A stretch of DNA of 53,445 bases. Origin: Kiritimatiellia bacterium. GTDB taxonomy: Bacteria; Verrucomicrobiota; Kiritimatiellia; RFP12; JBMNHG01. Under the pieces are notes generated by a model. It was not told where the DNA came from. It worked only from the letters and a program-made list of their open reading frames with translations, and made no database searches. Made by a program: the position numbers and the translations under genes. The stretch covers positions 1-53,445 of the forward strand of contig JAZQOE010000154.1 of the NCBI GenBank assembly GCA_045627705.1, written 5' to 3'. Shown piece by piece: positions 18,484-26,773 of the stretch. Position 1 is the first letter of the stretch. Each line of letters begins with the position of its first letter.

Positions 18484-18888
18484 GATAACAGATAACAGTG
18501 AACAGATAACAAGTATCGCTGGGGGCTTCGCCCCAAGATCCCTTGCAGATTGGCGACGGCGAGGGCGCCGTCGCAACGCACGACGCGCAAAACTTGCCAA
18601 CTTGAAAACACTGACAACTCTGTCAACTTGGCAACAACCGGCTGCTCCACTGCTAACTCGCACGTCGAGTTGTGCAGTCGCGCAGTGCTATCCAGTCCTA
18701 AGTTGTCTAGTGGCCAAGTTTTCAAGTTGCCAGAGTTGTCAAGTGCGCTGTGGATCGGGGCGCCGCTGACCCAGCGGCGATTGCGCGCGAACTGCGGTGC
18801 GGCCGCCGAGTCGGCGGCCCTCCGTTTGGCGCAGCCGCGCCGAAATTCTGCGCTGCAGGCGAAGGCGGCAGCGATATCTGTTATCTCA
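18481..18888. mobile_element. MITE/REPIN-like non-coding element with terminal inverted repeats
   Basis: TGAGATAACAGATA (18481-18494) and its reverse complement TATCTGTTATCTCA (18875-18888), plus several internal hairpins and inverted periodic arms. Fills the gap between two convergent genes. Confidence 0.5.
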
Positions 18889-18890
18889 GG

Positions 18891-20111
18891 CTATTCCGCA
18901 ACTTCGGCGATGAGGAAGACCTTGTCGTTCACGCGGACTTTGTCGGGGCAGGGGAATGTAGCCCAATCGCCACGGACGACTGATTCAAGCGCCGCATCGT
19001 CATGTCTCAACGAACCGACGGTGAGATCGACGACGCCGGTCGTGGGGCCGTGGATCTGAATGGCATCGCCTGTCTTGAGCGCATGGTCCTGGATAAGGAC
19101 TTGCACCATCTTCGCCCTTGGGAAGTAGTCCATGACTATGCCGGCATGGAGTTTCTTCCGTGTGGCCTGGTTCTCGACGGTGTCGGTGAACTGGCCGGCG
19201 CCGGGACGCCCGTGGTAGAGGCCGCAGTTGAATTCGCGGTGGTAAACCTTCGCGCATTCTGCGACAAGCTGGTCGGCAAGGCCGGGCGTAAAAGCGCCGG
19301 CCATGACCGAATCGATCGCCTTGCGGTATGCGCCCACGACTGTCTTCACATACTCCGGATTGCGGGCGCGCCCTTCAATCTTGAACGATGATGCGCCGCA
19401 CTCCATGAGATTGTCGATGAAGGGCAGCGAGCAAAGGTCTTTCGCCGAAAGGACGGTATGCGGGGTAACGCGGAACTCGGCGTCGGCCCCGACGCCTTCG
19501 CGCACTTCCTTTATGTAGTACTCTCGTCTGCACGGTTGCAGACAGAGCCCGCGGTTGCTTGAGCATCCGTATGCGTCGTGGGAGAGCATGCAGCGTCCGG
19601 AGACCGCCATGCAGATCGCGCCATGGACGAAGATTTCGACTTCGAGTCCGCTGTTCCTTGCAATGTCGGCGACCTCCGCCATGGTGCATTCGCGGGCAAG
19701 GACGACGCGCTCCGCGCCAAGATCGCGGAAATGGCGCGCCGCGATTGAATTCGAGCAGGACATCTGCGTCGAGATATGGAATGGCACTCCGTGTTTCCTG
19801 CAAATCTCAAGGGTGCCGAAATCGGCCACGAGAATCGCGTCGATGTCTGGCTTGACATTGGCGACGATGCGCTCGACTTCCGCCAGTTCCGATTCGAAGA
19901 TGATGCTGTTGAGGGTGAGATACACCTTTAAGCCGTTGGCGTGACAGCGTGCCGCGGCTTCGGAGAGTTCCTCGCGGGTGAAGTTGCGCGAGGCCTGTTG
20001 GCGCATATTCAGTGTGCCGAGCCCGAGGTAAACGGCGTTTGCGCCAGCATCGATGGCGGCCTGAAGGGATGTCATGTCGCCGGCCGGGGCGAGAAGTTCC
20101 GGTGCTTTCAT
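18891..20111 (-). CDS. Peptidase U32 family protein (TrhP/RlhA-like RNA hydroxylation family)
   Basis: APELLAPAG, GANAVYLG, HISTQ, RVVLARE, EIFVHGAICMAVSGRC…NRGLCLQPCRREY, SAKDLC, SFKIEGR. Confidence 0.93.
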   Translation of the reverse strand: MKAPELLAPAGDMTSLQAAIDAGANAVYLGLGTLNMRQQASRNFTREELSEAAARCHANGLKVYLTLNSIIFESELAEVERIVANVKPDIDAILVADFGTLEICRKHGVPFHISTQMSCSNSIAARHFRDLGAERVVLARECTMAEVADIARNSGLEVEIFVHGAICMAVSGRCMLSHDAYGCSSNRGLCLQPCRREYYIKEVREGVGADAEFRVTPHTVLSAKDLCSLPFIDNLMECGASSFKIEGRARNPEYVKTVVGAYRKAIDSVMAGAFTPGLADQLVAECAKVYHREFNCGLYHGRPGAGQFTDTVENQATRKKLHAGIVMDYFPRAKMVQVLIQDHALKTGDAIQIHGPTTGVVDLTVGSLRHDDAALESVVRGDWATFPCPDKVRVNDKVFLIAEVAE

Positions 20112-20128
20112 GTTCAATCGAAAACGGA

Positions 20129-21820
20129 TTATTCGAAGACGGCCGAAGACGAGTTTGGATCGTCTTGGAGACGGCGGTACCAGATTTCAAGCGGGCCCTT
20201 GTCCTGTCCAAAGTGTTGGATGACTTCGCCCGGAGCGTAGGTCGTGAAGAGGATGTCCAGGAATTCGAGTGTTTCCTCAAACGGGCGTTGTGTCATTGAA
20301 GGCGCTCCGATGCGGAAGGAATAGTTCGATTTGAGCGCGATATCGGCATCGCACTCGAGGATGATGCGCTTCATGCCGTTGGTGTTGACGACGTGCATCG
20401 CTTCCGCTGTCGCGTCTGGAAGTTCCGGGAAAAAGCCGAATGGACCCATTTCGAATCCATGCGGAAGATCGCGGTCCGCCTCGATCGCGATGTAGGCGTC
20501 TTGCGTGAGAATCGGTTTTTCTGGGCTTGAAAGAGATGCGACGTCCCTGCCGACTTCGCGGAGGAGGGCGAGGCTGGATTTCTCCTTCATGATCGGCCAA
20601 AAGGCATCCTGTTCCGCGACAAACCAGTCCTGGCAGAGCGGAGAAGATGCGGCGGTGAGGCAGCACCAGACCAACAGTGCCGCAAGGATGCAATTGGAAC
20701 GTGCAGGCGACGAAAGCAACGGGGCAGTCGCAATGACGCGCCATGCGATTGCCGATACAGCGGCCACGAAAAGCGGCATGATGGGCGTCTGGTAATCGTC
20801 GTACGGGAACGGACTCAAGATGTGCACGATGAATATCGCCGCAAAGCATGCGAGCCAAAGAAGCGGGCCGCCCCCGAAGGAGTCTTCACCGCGCGGAAAA
20901 ACGGCGCGCCGTTTTTCCGCGGGGAGAAGCGCGATTGCGGCAATGGAAAGAATGGCGACACCGGCAAGCGCGATGTAGCCACGGGCGAGTCGTGCGAGAG
21001 ATCCGGCAGTGAAGATGATCCCGCCGCCTTCACGCGCGGTGTGGAACGAATTCGCAAAGCGGAATGCGCTGAAGGATTCGTGGATCGGCTGGAAGAAGAA
21101 GAGGGCGAGACCGATGACACCGCCGATGCCGAAAGCGAGCCAATGCCAGCGCGGGGCAGGGGAATCAGTGCGCTTGCGGAAGGCGAGGACAAGCAACCAA
21201 ATGCCTGCGACAGGCAGTGCGGCGCCGAGGGAGAGACGCGCGGCGGCGGCGCAGGCAAGAAAGAATCCACCCAGCGCGGAAAGCGGCGCGCCGTTTTTCA
21301 GGCGGAGGGAAGATTCGATTGAAAGCATTCCGCCAACAAGGCAAAGCGCCGAAAGTGCGTATGTCTTCGGAATGGAAGTGAAGTAAGTGTGGTATGGGCA
21401 GATTGCAAGGAGAATGAATGCGGTCAAAGCGGCGGCGCGTGAAAGCGGGGAACGGTTGCCATCGGCATCGCGAGGAACGGCCGATGCGGCGAGAAGGGCG
21501 GTTAGGATGGAGGCAATGAGACCGAGAATCGCCGTGAGGATGCGTCCGCCAAGGATGCCGGCTGGCGTCCAGAGCGGAGTGAACATCCCGTATGCCCAGG
21601 GGAGAAGCGGGCCTTGCGTGAAGAAGAAATCGCGGTATGGACGCAATCCGCGCGACACCATTTTCGCCGCGTAGAGGTACCATCCTTCGTCCTGGTTCAA
21701 ATCGCCGAACCAAATCGTCGCGGCGGCGAGCAGAAGCGCCGCCATGCCCGACAACGCAACGAGAAATCCGAAGAAAACAGATACGGACTTCCGCGAATTT
21801 TCCTTGAGACCTTGTGTCAT
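20129..21820 (-). CDS. Polytopic membrane protein, probable GT-C (ArnT/PMT-like) glycosyltransferase
   Basis: DLNQDEGWYLYAAKMV…PYRDFFFTQGPL after the first TM segment; many TM segments. Confidence 0.7.
   Translation of the reverse strand: MTQGLKENSRKSVSVFFGFLVALSGMAALLLAAATIWFGDLNQDEGWYLYAAKMVSRGLRPYRDFFFTQGPLLPWAYGMFTPLWTPAGILGGRILTAILGLIASILTALLAASAVPRDADGNRSPLSRAAALTAFILLAICPYHTYFTSIPKTYALSALCLVGGMLSIESSLRLKNGAPLSALGGFFLACAAAARLSLGAALPVAGIWLLVLAFRKRTDSPAPRWHWLAFGIGGVIGLALFFFQPIHESFSAFRFANSFHTAREGGGIIFTAGSLARLARGYIALAGVAILSIAAIALLPAEKRRAVFPRGEDSFGGGPLLWLACFAAIFIVHILSPFPYDDYQTPIMPLFVAAVSAIAWRVIATAPLLSSPARSNCILAALLVWCCLTAASSPLCQDWFVAEQDAFWPIMKEKSSLALLREVGRDVASLSSPEKPILTQDAYIAIEADRDLPHGFEMGPFGFFPELPDATAEAMHVVNTNGMKRIILECDADIALKSNYSFRIGAPSMTQRPFEETLEFLDILFTTYAPGEVIQHFGQDKGPLEIWYRRLQDDPNSSSAVFE
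20892..20921. repeat. Dispersed palindrome copy (30-bp perfect palindrome)
   Basis: CGCGGAAAAACGGCGCGCCGTTTTTCCGCG. A second, imperfect copy GGAAAGCGGCGCGCCGTTTTTCA lies at 21278-21300 in the same gene. Confidence 0.8.
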
Positions 21821-21880
21821 GATGGCAATGATATCAACGGCTGGTTACCATGGCAAATCCAACCTTGCCACAAAAACGAA

Positions 21881-22705
21881 TCATGGAAATTCAAGGACGG
21901 CGTTGATCAGCTGTTCGTGCATGAACTCTAAAACATTTGTTCCTGTGCATTGTGCGCGGAGTATGCCGTGGCGGTCAACTATCATGCAGTGTCCGCGATG
22001 GCATGTCTCGGCGCCCATTGGACCGACCGCATTGCACGAGACGAATGCAGATCCCCATTTGTCGAACGACTCGTCGAAGGGACCCGACCTGCAAACGCTT
22101 TCGCGGCTCTTCGCATACGATGCGCGCGCCTCGGGAGTGTCGAGGGCGGACGCATGAAGCATGTCTGAACGTTTCCCGCCAGCGCCGCATGGGAGGAAAC
22201 GGAGTTCGATGCCATCCCGTCTCAGGTCGTCTGGCAGGGCGTCGATTCCGTTGTCCGCGCAAATCATCAATGCGCAGCGGATGCCATTCAACTCGAAGAC
22301 AGTGCGTTTGCGCGGGCCGGGGGTCAACCCCGCATTGATTTCGCCTTCGGTGAGCTTGTGCTTGCGCTGGGTGACAAGCCTGCCGTCCGGGTATGCAATC
22401 AAGTGCGTGTTGTACATTGTCGAGCCGTCAAGCTCGGCAATGCCCGCCATGACGACAATCCCATTCCGCTTCGCGATGGCGCGCACCTCGCGGGCGCTTG
22501 GTCCGTCGATTGGCTCGGCGACGGCACGCAGTGCTTGCTCCGTCATATCGAAGTCATAGCCATGTACGCACATTTCGGGGAAGAGCACTGCTTCCGCGCC
22601 AAGTAGCGCAGCCGCTTTCGAAATCGCGTCGATGCGGGGAAGAGTCGCGGCAGCGCCGTCTTTCGAGATTATCTGCGTGGAAGCGACATGGAGAATTCGT
22701 GGCAT
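21881..22705 (-). CDS. Carbon-nitrogen hydrolase (nitrilase superfamily)
   Basis: Catalytic triad contexts VLFPEM, QRKHKL, MICAD; GHCMIVD. GAGGT RBS. Confidence 0.88.
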   Translation of the reverse strand: MPRILHVASTQIISKDGAAATLPRIDAISKAAALLGAEAVLFPEMCVHGYDFDMTEQALRAVAEPIDGPSAREVRAIAKRNGIVVMAGIAELDGSTMYNTHLIAYPDGRLVTQRKHKLTEGEINAGLTPGPRKRTVFELNGIRCALMICADNGIDALPDDLRRDGIELRFLPCGAGGKRSDMLHASALDTPEARASYAKSRESVCRSGPFDESFDKWGSAFVSCNAVGPMGAETCHRGHCMIVDRHGILRAQCTGTNVLEFMHEQLINAVLEFP

Positions 22706-22731
22706 CGTACACCTCGTGTGGTTTTGTGAAA

Positions 22732-23154
22732 TCATGGCGACGCGATTACAGCCTCGCGGAATGCAGTCGCGGATTCGCCATCGGGGTCGCGGGAGGATGC
22801 ATCTATCCGCCAGTGCTGGATGGATTCCGTCATTTCGACAGGGCGGGCATGGATTGTCCAAAACGCGCCTAGTTCCGTTCCGGAATCGCGCCAGCCAGAG
22901 GGAAGAGTCGCGCCCCCACTGGAACGTCCAATGGGCTTGATGTCGGCGTCGTGTCTTGCATTAAGCCTGAGCATTGCCTCGGAAAGTTTCGACTCCGCGA
23001 TCTCCGCCAAGACTGCGCGCCGCTCTTCGCGCTGCGACGCCACGAGAATGCGGTGCACTGTCGAGAGGATCGGCGCCAGCGCGATGCCAAGGAGCGCCAC
23101 TACCACCAGCGCTTCAACGAGCGTGAAACCATTTCTGGAGTTTCCGTGGCGCAT
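22732..23154 (-). CDS. Prepilin-type N-terminal cleavage/methylation domain protein (pseudopilin-like)
   Basis: NGFTLVEALVVVALLGIAL class III signal peptide. Confidence 0.8.
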   Translation of the reverse strand: MRHGNSRNGFTLVEALVVVALLGIALAPILSTVHRILVASQREERRAVLAEIAESKLSEAMLRLNARHDADIKPIGRSSGGATLPSGWRDSGTELGAFWTIHARPVEMTESIQHWRIDASSRDPDGESATAFREAVIASP

Positions 23155-23160
23155 CGTTGG

Positions 23161-24537
23161 CTACGCGATCGGGAATGCGTGGAAGGCGAGTATCGCCATC
23201 ACGCGCTCGACGTCGATTGGAAGGGTGGGGGGATTCGGCCCTTCGCCCGCGCTGATTGTCGCCGCGCCCTGAAGCGGACGGAGCAATCGGACGACAACCT
23301 TGCTGCCGCCGACGTAGTCGATGCCTGCAACGGGAACATCGCCTGGAATGTCGTTAACGACGAACGGCACCACGGTGGTGTGCATAGAGGCAACGCGCTC
23401 GACGACATTGGCGAATGAGAGTTCGACCTTCATGCCGTCATCTGAACGTTTCGCCGAAGCGATTTCAGCGGGACGCCAGCAGATGTCGCGCCCATACGCC
23501 ATGCCGAGCGCGGCATTCGCCATGCGCACGCCGAGGACGAGGTTCGCGTACGCTGTGTTGTGGATGAAGTCTGACATCGGCAGATCGAGCGTGGGAACGA
23601 CCGCGACTCCCGGAATCTCGTGCGCGGCGATGCGCTGCTGTTCGCGGACGATCGACCAATGGAAGTCGCCATCGCCATTCGTGAGACGATTCAGCTGCGC
23701 GGTGATCACAGGGAGGGAATCGTCGCCGAGAGCCTTGCGCCACGATGCGACGGCGTCGCCGAAGCGCCTGCAGTAGCTTTCGGCGGCACCCTTGTAGGTG
23801 TCGGCGCAACCCTGGTACCAGACGAAACCGCGGACGCGGCCGCCGACCTTCCTGATGCAATCGAGCATGTTCTCGTAGAGGCCGTGGTCGCCCGGCTCGT
23901 TTGGATTCCAACCGCAGAGCGGGGAGCCGCCGAGCGAAGTCTGGACAAGTCCAATCGGGTAGCCGAGTTCGCTTTTGAGCTTGCGCGCGAAGGCGATGTA
24001 TGGCGAGTGGCCAGAGTTCGCGGTTTCGCGGTTGACTGGGTGTGCGGTGTCGGTCGAATCGTTCAGAGGATGTGTCGCGATCGCCCAGCGGCATGCGTTG
24101 TTGAAGACGTGTATGCCGAGCTCTGGCGGATCGTTGACGGGATCGCGTCCGTAGCCGGCCGAGTTGCTTTGTCCGGTGATTACCCAGAGATCGCCCACGC
24201 CGACGAAGTGACGGATGTCACCGCGAATCGACCACTCCGCCTCTTGGCAACTGTCCTGATGGAAACGAGTCTCGATACGGTAGAGGCCACCGGCGGGAAT
24301 ACCGCGAAGAGTGGTGCGCCAGGTTCCGTTGTCGGCGGTTTCATCGGCATCGTGCCAGGTAAACGAAGCGCCGATTGGCAGGCAGCTGTTTTCGTGGACA
24401 ACGCGCAACTGCACATGGCCGTGTTCGGTAAACGCCCAGCGGCCGGAAAGCTCGATGTCCGCCTTGCCGTCAACCTGCTGTAGGATTGTCCAGTCGGACG
24501 GGCCTTGTTCGATGATGACGCCAGTTTGATCGATCAT
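23161..24537 (-). CDS. Sialate O-acetylesterase (SASA)/carbohydrate esterase
   Basis: VGVGDLWVITGQSNSAG, PIGLV…GGS, VWYQGCAD, DFIH. Confidence 0.85.
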   Translation of the reverse strand: MIDQTGVIIEQGPSDWTILQQVDGKADIELSGRWAFTEHGHVQLRVVHENSCLPIGASFTWHDADETADNGTWRTTLRGIPAGGLYRIETRFHQDSCQEAEWSIRGDIRHFVGVGDLWVITGQSNSAGYGRDPVNDPPELGIHVFNNACRWAIATHPLNDSTDTAHPVNRETANSGHSPYIAFARKLKSELGYPIGLVQTSLGGSPLCGWNPNEPGDHGLYENMLDCIRKVGGRVRGFVWYQGCADTYKGAAESYCRRFGDAVASWRKALGDDSLPVITAQLNRLTNGDGDFHWSIVREQQRIAAHEIPGVAVVPTLDLPMSDFIHNTAYANLVLGVRMANAALGMAYGRDICWRPAEIASAKRSDDGMKVELSFANVVERVASMHTTVVPFVVNDIPGDVPVAGIDYVGGSKVVVRLLRPLQGAATISAGEGPNPPTLPIDVERVMAILAFHAFPIA

Positions 24538-24579
24538 TTGAAACTCCGATTAGGTAGTAGGTATGCCTACAAAACTAAC

Positions 24580-26634
24580 TCATGGGGCGACGGTAACGGA
24601 ATGGCGGGAGCCAGTCACGGGGACGTCGATGGTGACGGCGCCGGTCGCTGCATCAAAGGCGAAGTCGGACTTTTGTCCGTCAATAGTAATCGCAGAAGGC
24701 TTGGCCGCCGCCCACACGAGCAGCTTGCCGCCGTCGCGCAGGCCGAAGCGGAGCACTCCATCGGGGCCGACAGCCTTGTCGATGACCGCGCCGGCGCTGT
24801 TCAGCTTGTCGGTAAGACCGACTGGAGCGAAGCCGCCTTCGACAGGCACGAACGTGAAAAGCTCGTAGCTGAGCGGCTTGAGGACAAATTCGACGCGCGT
24901 CTCGCGCTTCACGCGGCGGAGTTCACCGGTTGTGTTGATGAAGACGACAAGATCGTCGCCACAATCGAATCCTTCGATTTCCGCGGCGCTCGTGGAGCCG
25001 GACGCGGGATCGCGCTTCACGTCGTCGCCCTTCGGGAAGTGCGTGTGGAATGCGCCGATGATGCCAGCGCGGTCGTTCGTGTTGAAGATCTTGAACGGAA
25101 TATCCCTGTCGAGCGTGTTCTCGAAGAGGCAGTCGCGAGTCGGGCGGCCGTAGCTGCTGGCGCGGAGGATCGTGCCATCGGAGCATACCAGTGTGCGGAG
25201 GACGTCGAAGTTGTGGCCTTCGGGCTTGTCGGAAACATAGATCGGGCCACCGCTCACGGCGCGCCCCGCCGCATGGTACGGGCCGACCTCGTGACCAGAC
25301 TGGAACATGTCCCAGTCCGGCTTGATGAACTCGCCGAACCACAGGCTGATCTGCGCATTGGCGACCATGTGGAGACCGTGGGAAGAAGGATCGCCTGGCC
25401 AGAAGTCAGTGAAGGAGCGCGTCACATTCGATGCGAGCGTCTGGTAGATCACGTCCGTGCCCTGCGACATGCAGTTGATCAGGCGCCCCTGGAAGTGCGT
25501 GTTCACCGCGCCTTCGAGAGCCTCGTGGTAGCGGCGCATCAGTTCGGTGCGACCGCCTAGACCGCGCGAAACGCCTTCGAGCGCGCCCTGGTTATCGACC
25601 TTCACGCCATCGACGCCCTGTTCGCGCAGGTAGCGGTGGAAGTCCTGGTAGAAGCGGTGGATGTCTTCTGGAACGACCACGCCGATCACATTGCCGAACG
25701 CCTCGTTCAGGCCGGGCGAGTGCTTCAGCAGGCTGGGGGAGAATACACGGCGCTCGTCTATCACACGATACTGCGGGAACGACTTTGGATCGATGCCGCC
25801 CCAATAGCCTTCGAGCGCGTGCCACACGATGAACGTATCGACATCGAACTCGTTCTTCGCCATGGCGACGGTCGCCTTGAGTCCGCCGGGGAACTTGTCG
25901 TTCGCCGCGAACTTCGTGAGGCGATTCTCGCCGGTCGTCTGCTGGGCGAAGGAGAGCCAGCCATCGTCGAGGATGAGAAGACGCGGATTCACGCCACCCT
26001 TCGCAAAGCTTTCAAGGCCGATGCGGACCTTGTCATGGGAGACATCGCCGTAGAAGGCGTCCCAAGTGCACCAGCCGAACTGGTCGATGAAATCGGGAAT
26101 CTGCTTTTCGGAACTGAGGCGGCCGCGCCCCATCCACTTGCAGATGCTTTCCGCTGACTCGTGGATAAGCGAGTAGGGATTGTCGCCGACCGCGACAAAG
26201 AGACCTGTCGATGATTTGCCCACGATGGCGGGGTCGCCGCTTTCGGCGACGAGATGGAGGCGGTTGTTCTCATCGCCTTCGATCGCGCAGTGGAAAGCGC
26301 CGTCGAGGAGCGGGAAGAAGGTCGCGAACTTGCCATCGCCGAGATCGACCAGCATGAACTGGGTATCGGCGGGAATCTCTGAAACCTTCGTGCCAAAGCG
26401 CGGGGTGTTCCACCATGCGTCGTAGCGGTAGCTGCACACGAAGCGCTTCATGGCGGGGAGTTCGCCGATTTCGTAGATCGCGCGGTCTGCGGGCTTTTCG
26501 GTTTCGAAATGGAGGAAGACGCCGTTGGCAAGCGGGTCCTGGATGGTGGAGACAGTCGCGGGCGCGCCTGAAATCAAGGCGAGGCCATCGAAGGCGAGAA
26601 TGCCGTTGGCGAGGGAAATCAACGTGGATGTCAT
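24580..26634 (-). CDS. Sip1/raffinose synthase-related alpha-galactosidase (GH36)
   Basis: FGWCTWDAFY, LILDDGW, VWHALEGYWGG, GVDGVKVDNQ, INCMS, PDWDMFQSGH, SGGPIYVSDKP. Confidence 0.93.
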   Translation of the reverse strand: MTSTLISLANGILAFDGLALISGAPATVSTIQDPLANGVFLHFETEKPADRAIYEIGELPAMKRFVCSYRYDAWWNTPRFGTKVSEIPADTQFMLVDLGDGKFATFFPLLDGAFHCAIEGDENNRLHLVAESGDPAIVGKSSTGLFVAVGDNPYSLIHESAESICKWMGRGRLSSEKQIPDFIDQFGWCTWDAFYGDVSHDKVRIGLESFAKGGVNPRLLILDDGWLSFAQQTTGENRLTKFAANDKFPGGLKATVAMAKNEFDVDTFIVWHALEGYWGGIDPKSFPQYRVIDERRVFSPSLLKHSPGLNEAFGNVIGVVVPEDIHRFYQDFHRYLREQGVDGVKVDNQGALEGVSRGLGGRTELMRRYHEALEGAVNTHFQGRLINCMSQGTDVIYQTLASNVTRSFTDFWPGDPSSHGLHMVANAQISLWFGEFIKPDWDMFQSGHEVGPYHAAGRAVSGGPIYVSDKPEGHNFDVLRTLVCSDGTILRASSYGRPTRDCLFENTLDRDIPFKIFNTNDRAGIIGAFHTHFPKGDDVKRDPASGSTSAAEIEGFDCGDDLVVFINTTGELRRVKRETRVEFVLKPLSYELFTFVPVEGGFAPVGLTDKLNSAGAVIDKAVGPDGVLRFGLRDGGKLLVWAAAKPSAITIDGQKSDFAFDAATGAVTIDVPVTGSRHSVTVAP

Positions 26635-26773
26635 TTGCTATCCTTGGTTTGAACTTACGAAAAGAAAACGATGGGAAGATTATAAGGCAATGGCGAATTG
26701 GGAACAAGAGGACGGATTTTCAACTCTACCTTCCATCTTGTACCGCCAATGTTGGAATGCTACCCTTCTCTTC

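Noticed and set aside
18550-19059. ORFs crossing the 18.5-18.9 kb intergenic element
   Set aside because: Low-complexity translations of repeats, overlapping the U32 gene; no family motifs.
26525-26773. N-terminal extensions given by the ORF track (murC here; also cas1, GT4, nitrilase, ftsQ, ftsZ)
   Set aside because: They overlap neighbouring genes or lack homologous motifs. Downstream starts with an RBS or coupling were used instead.
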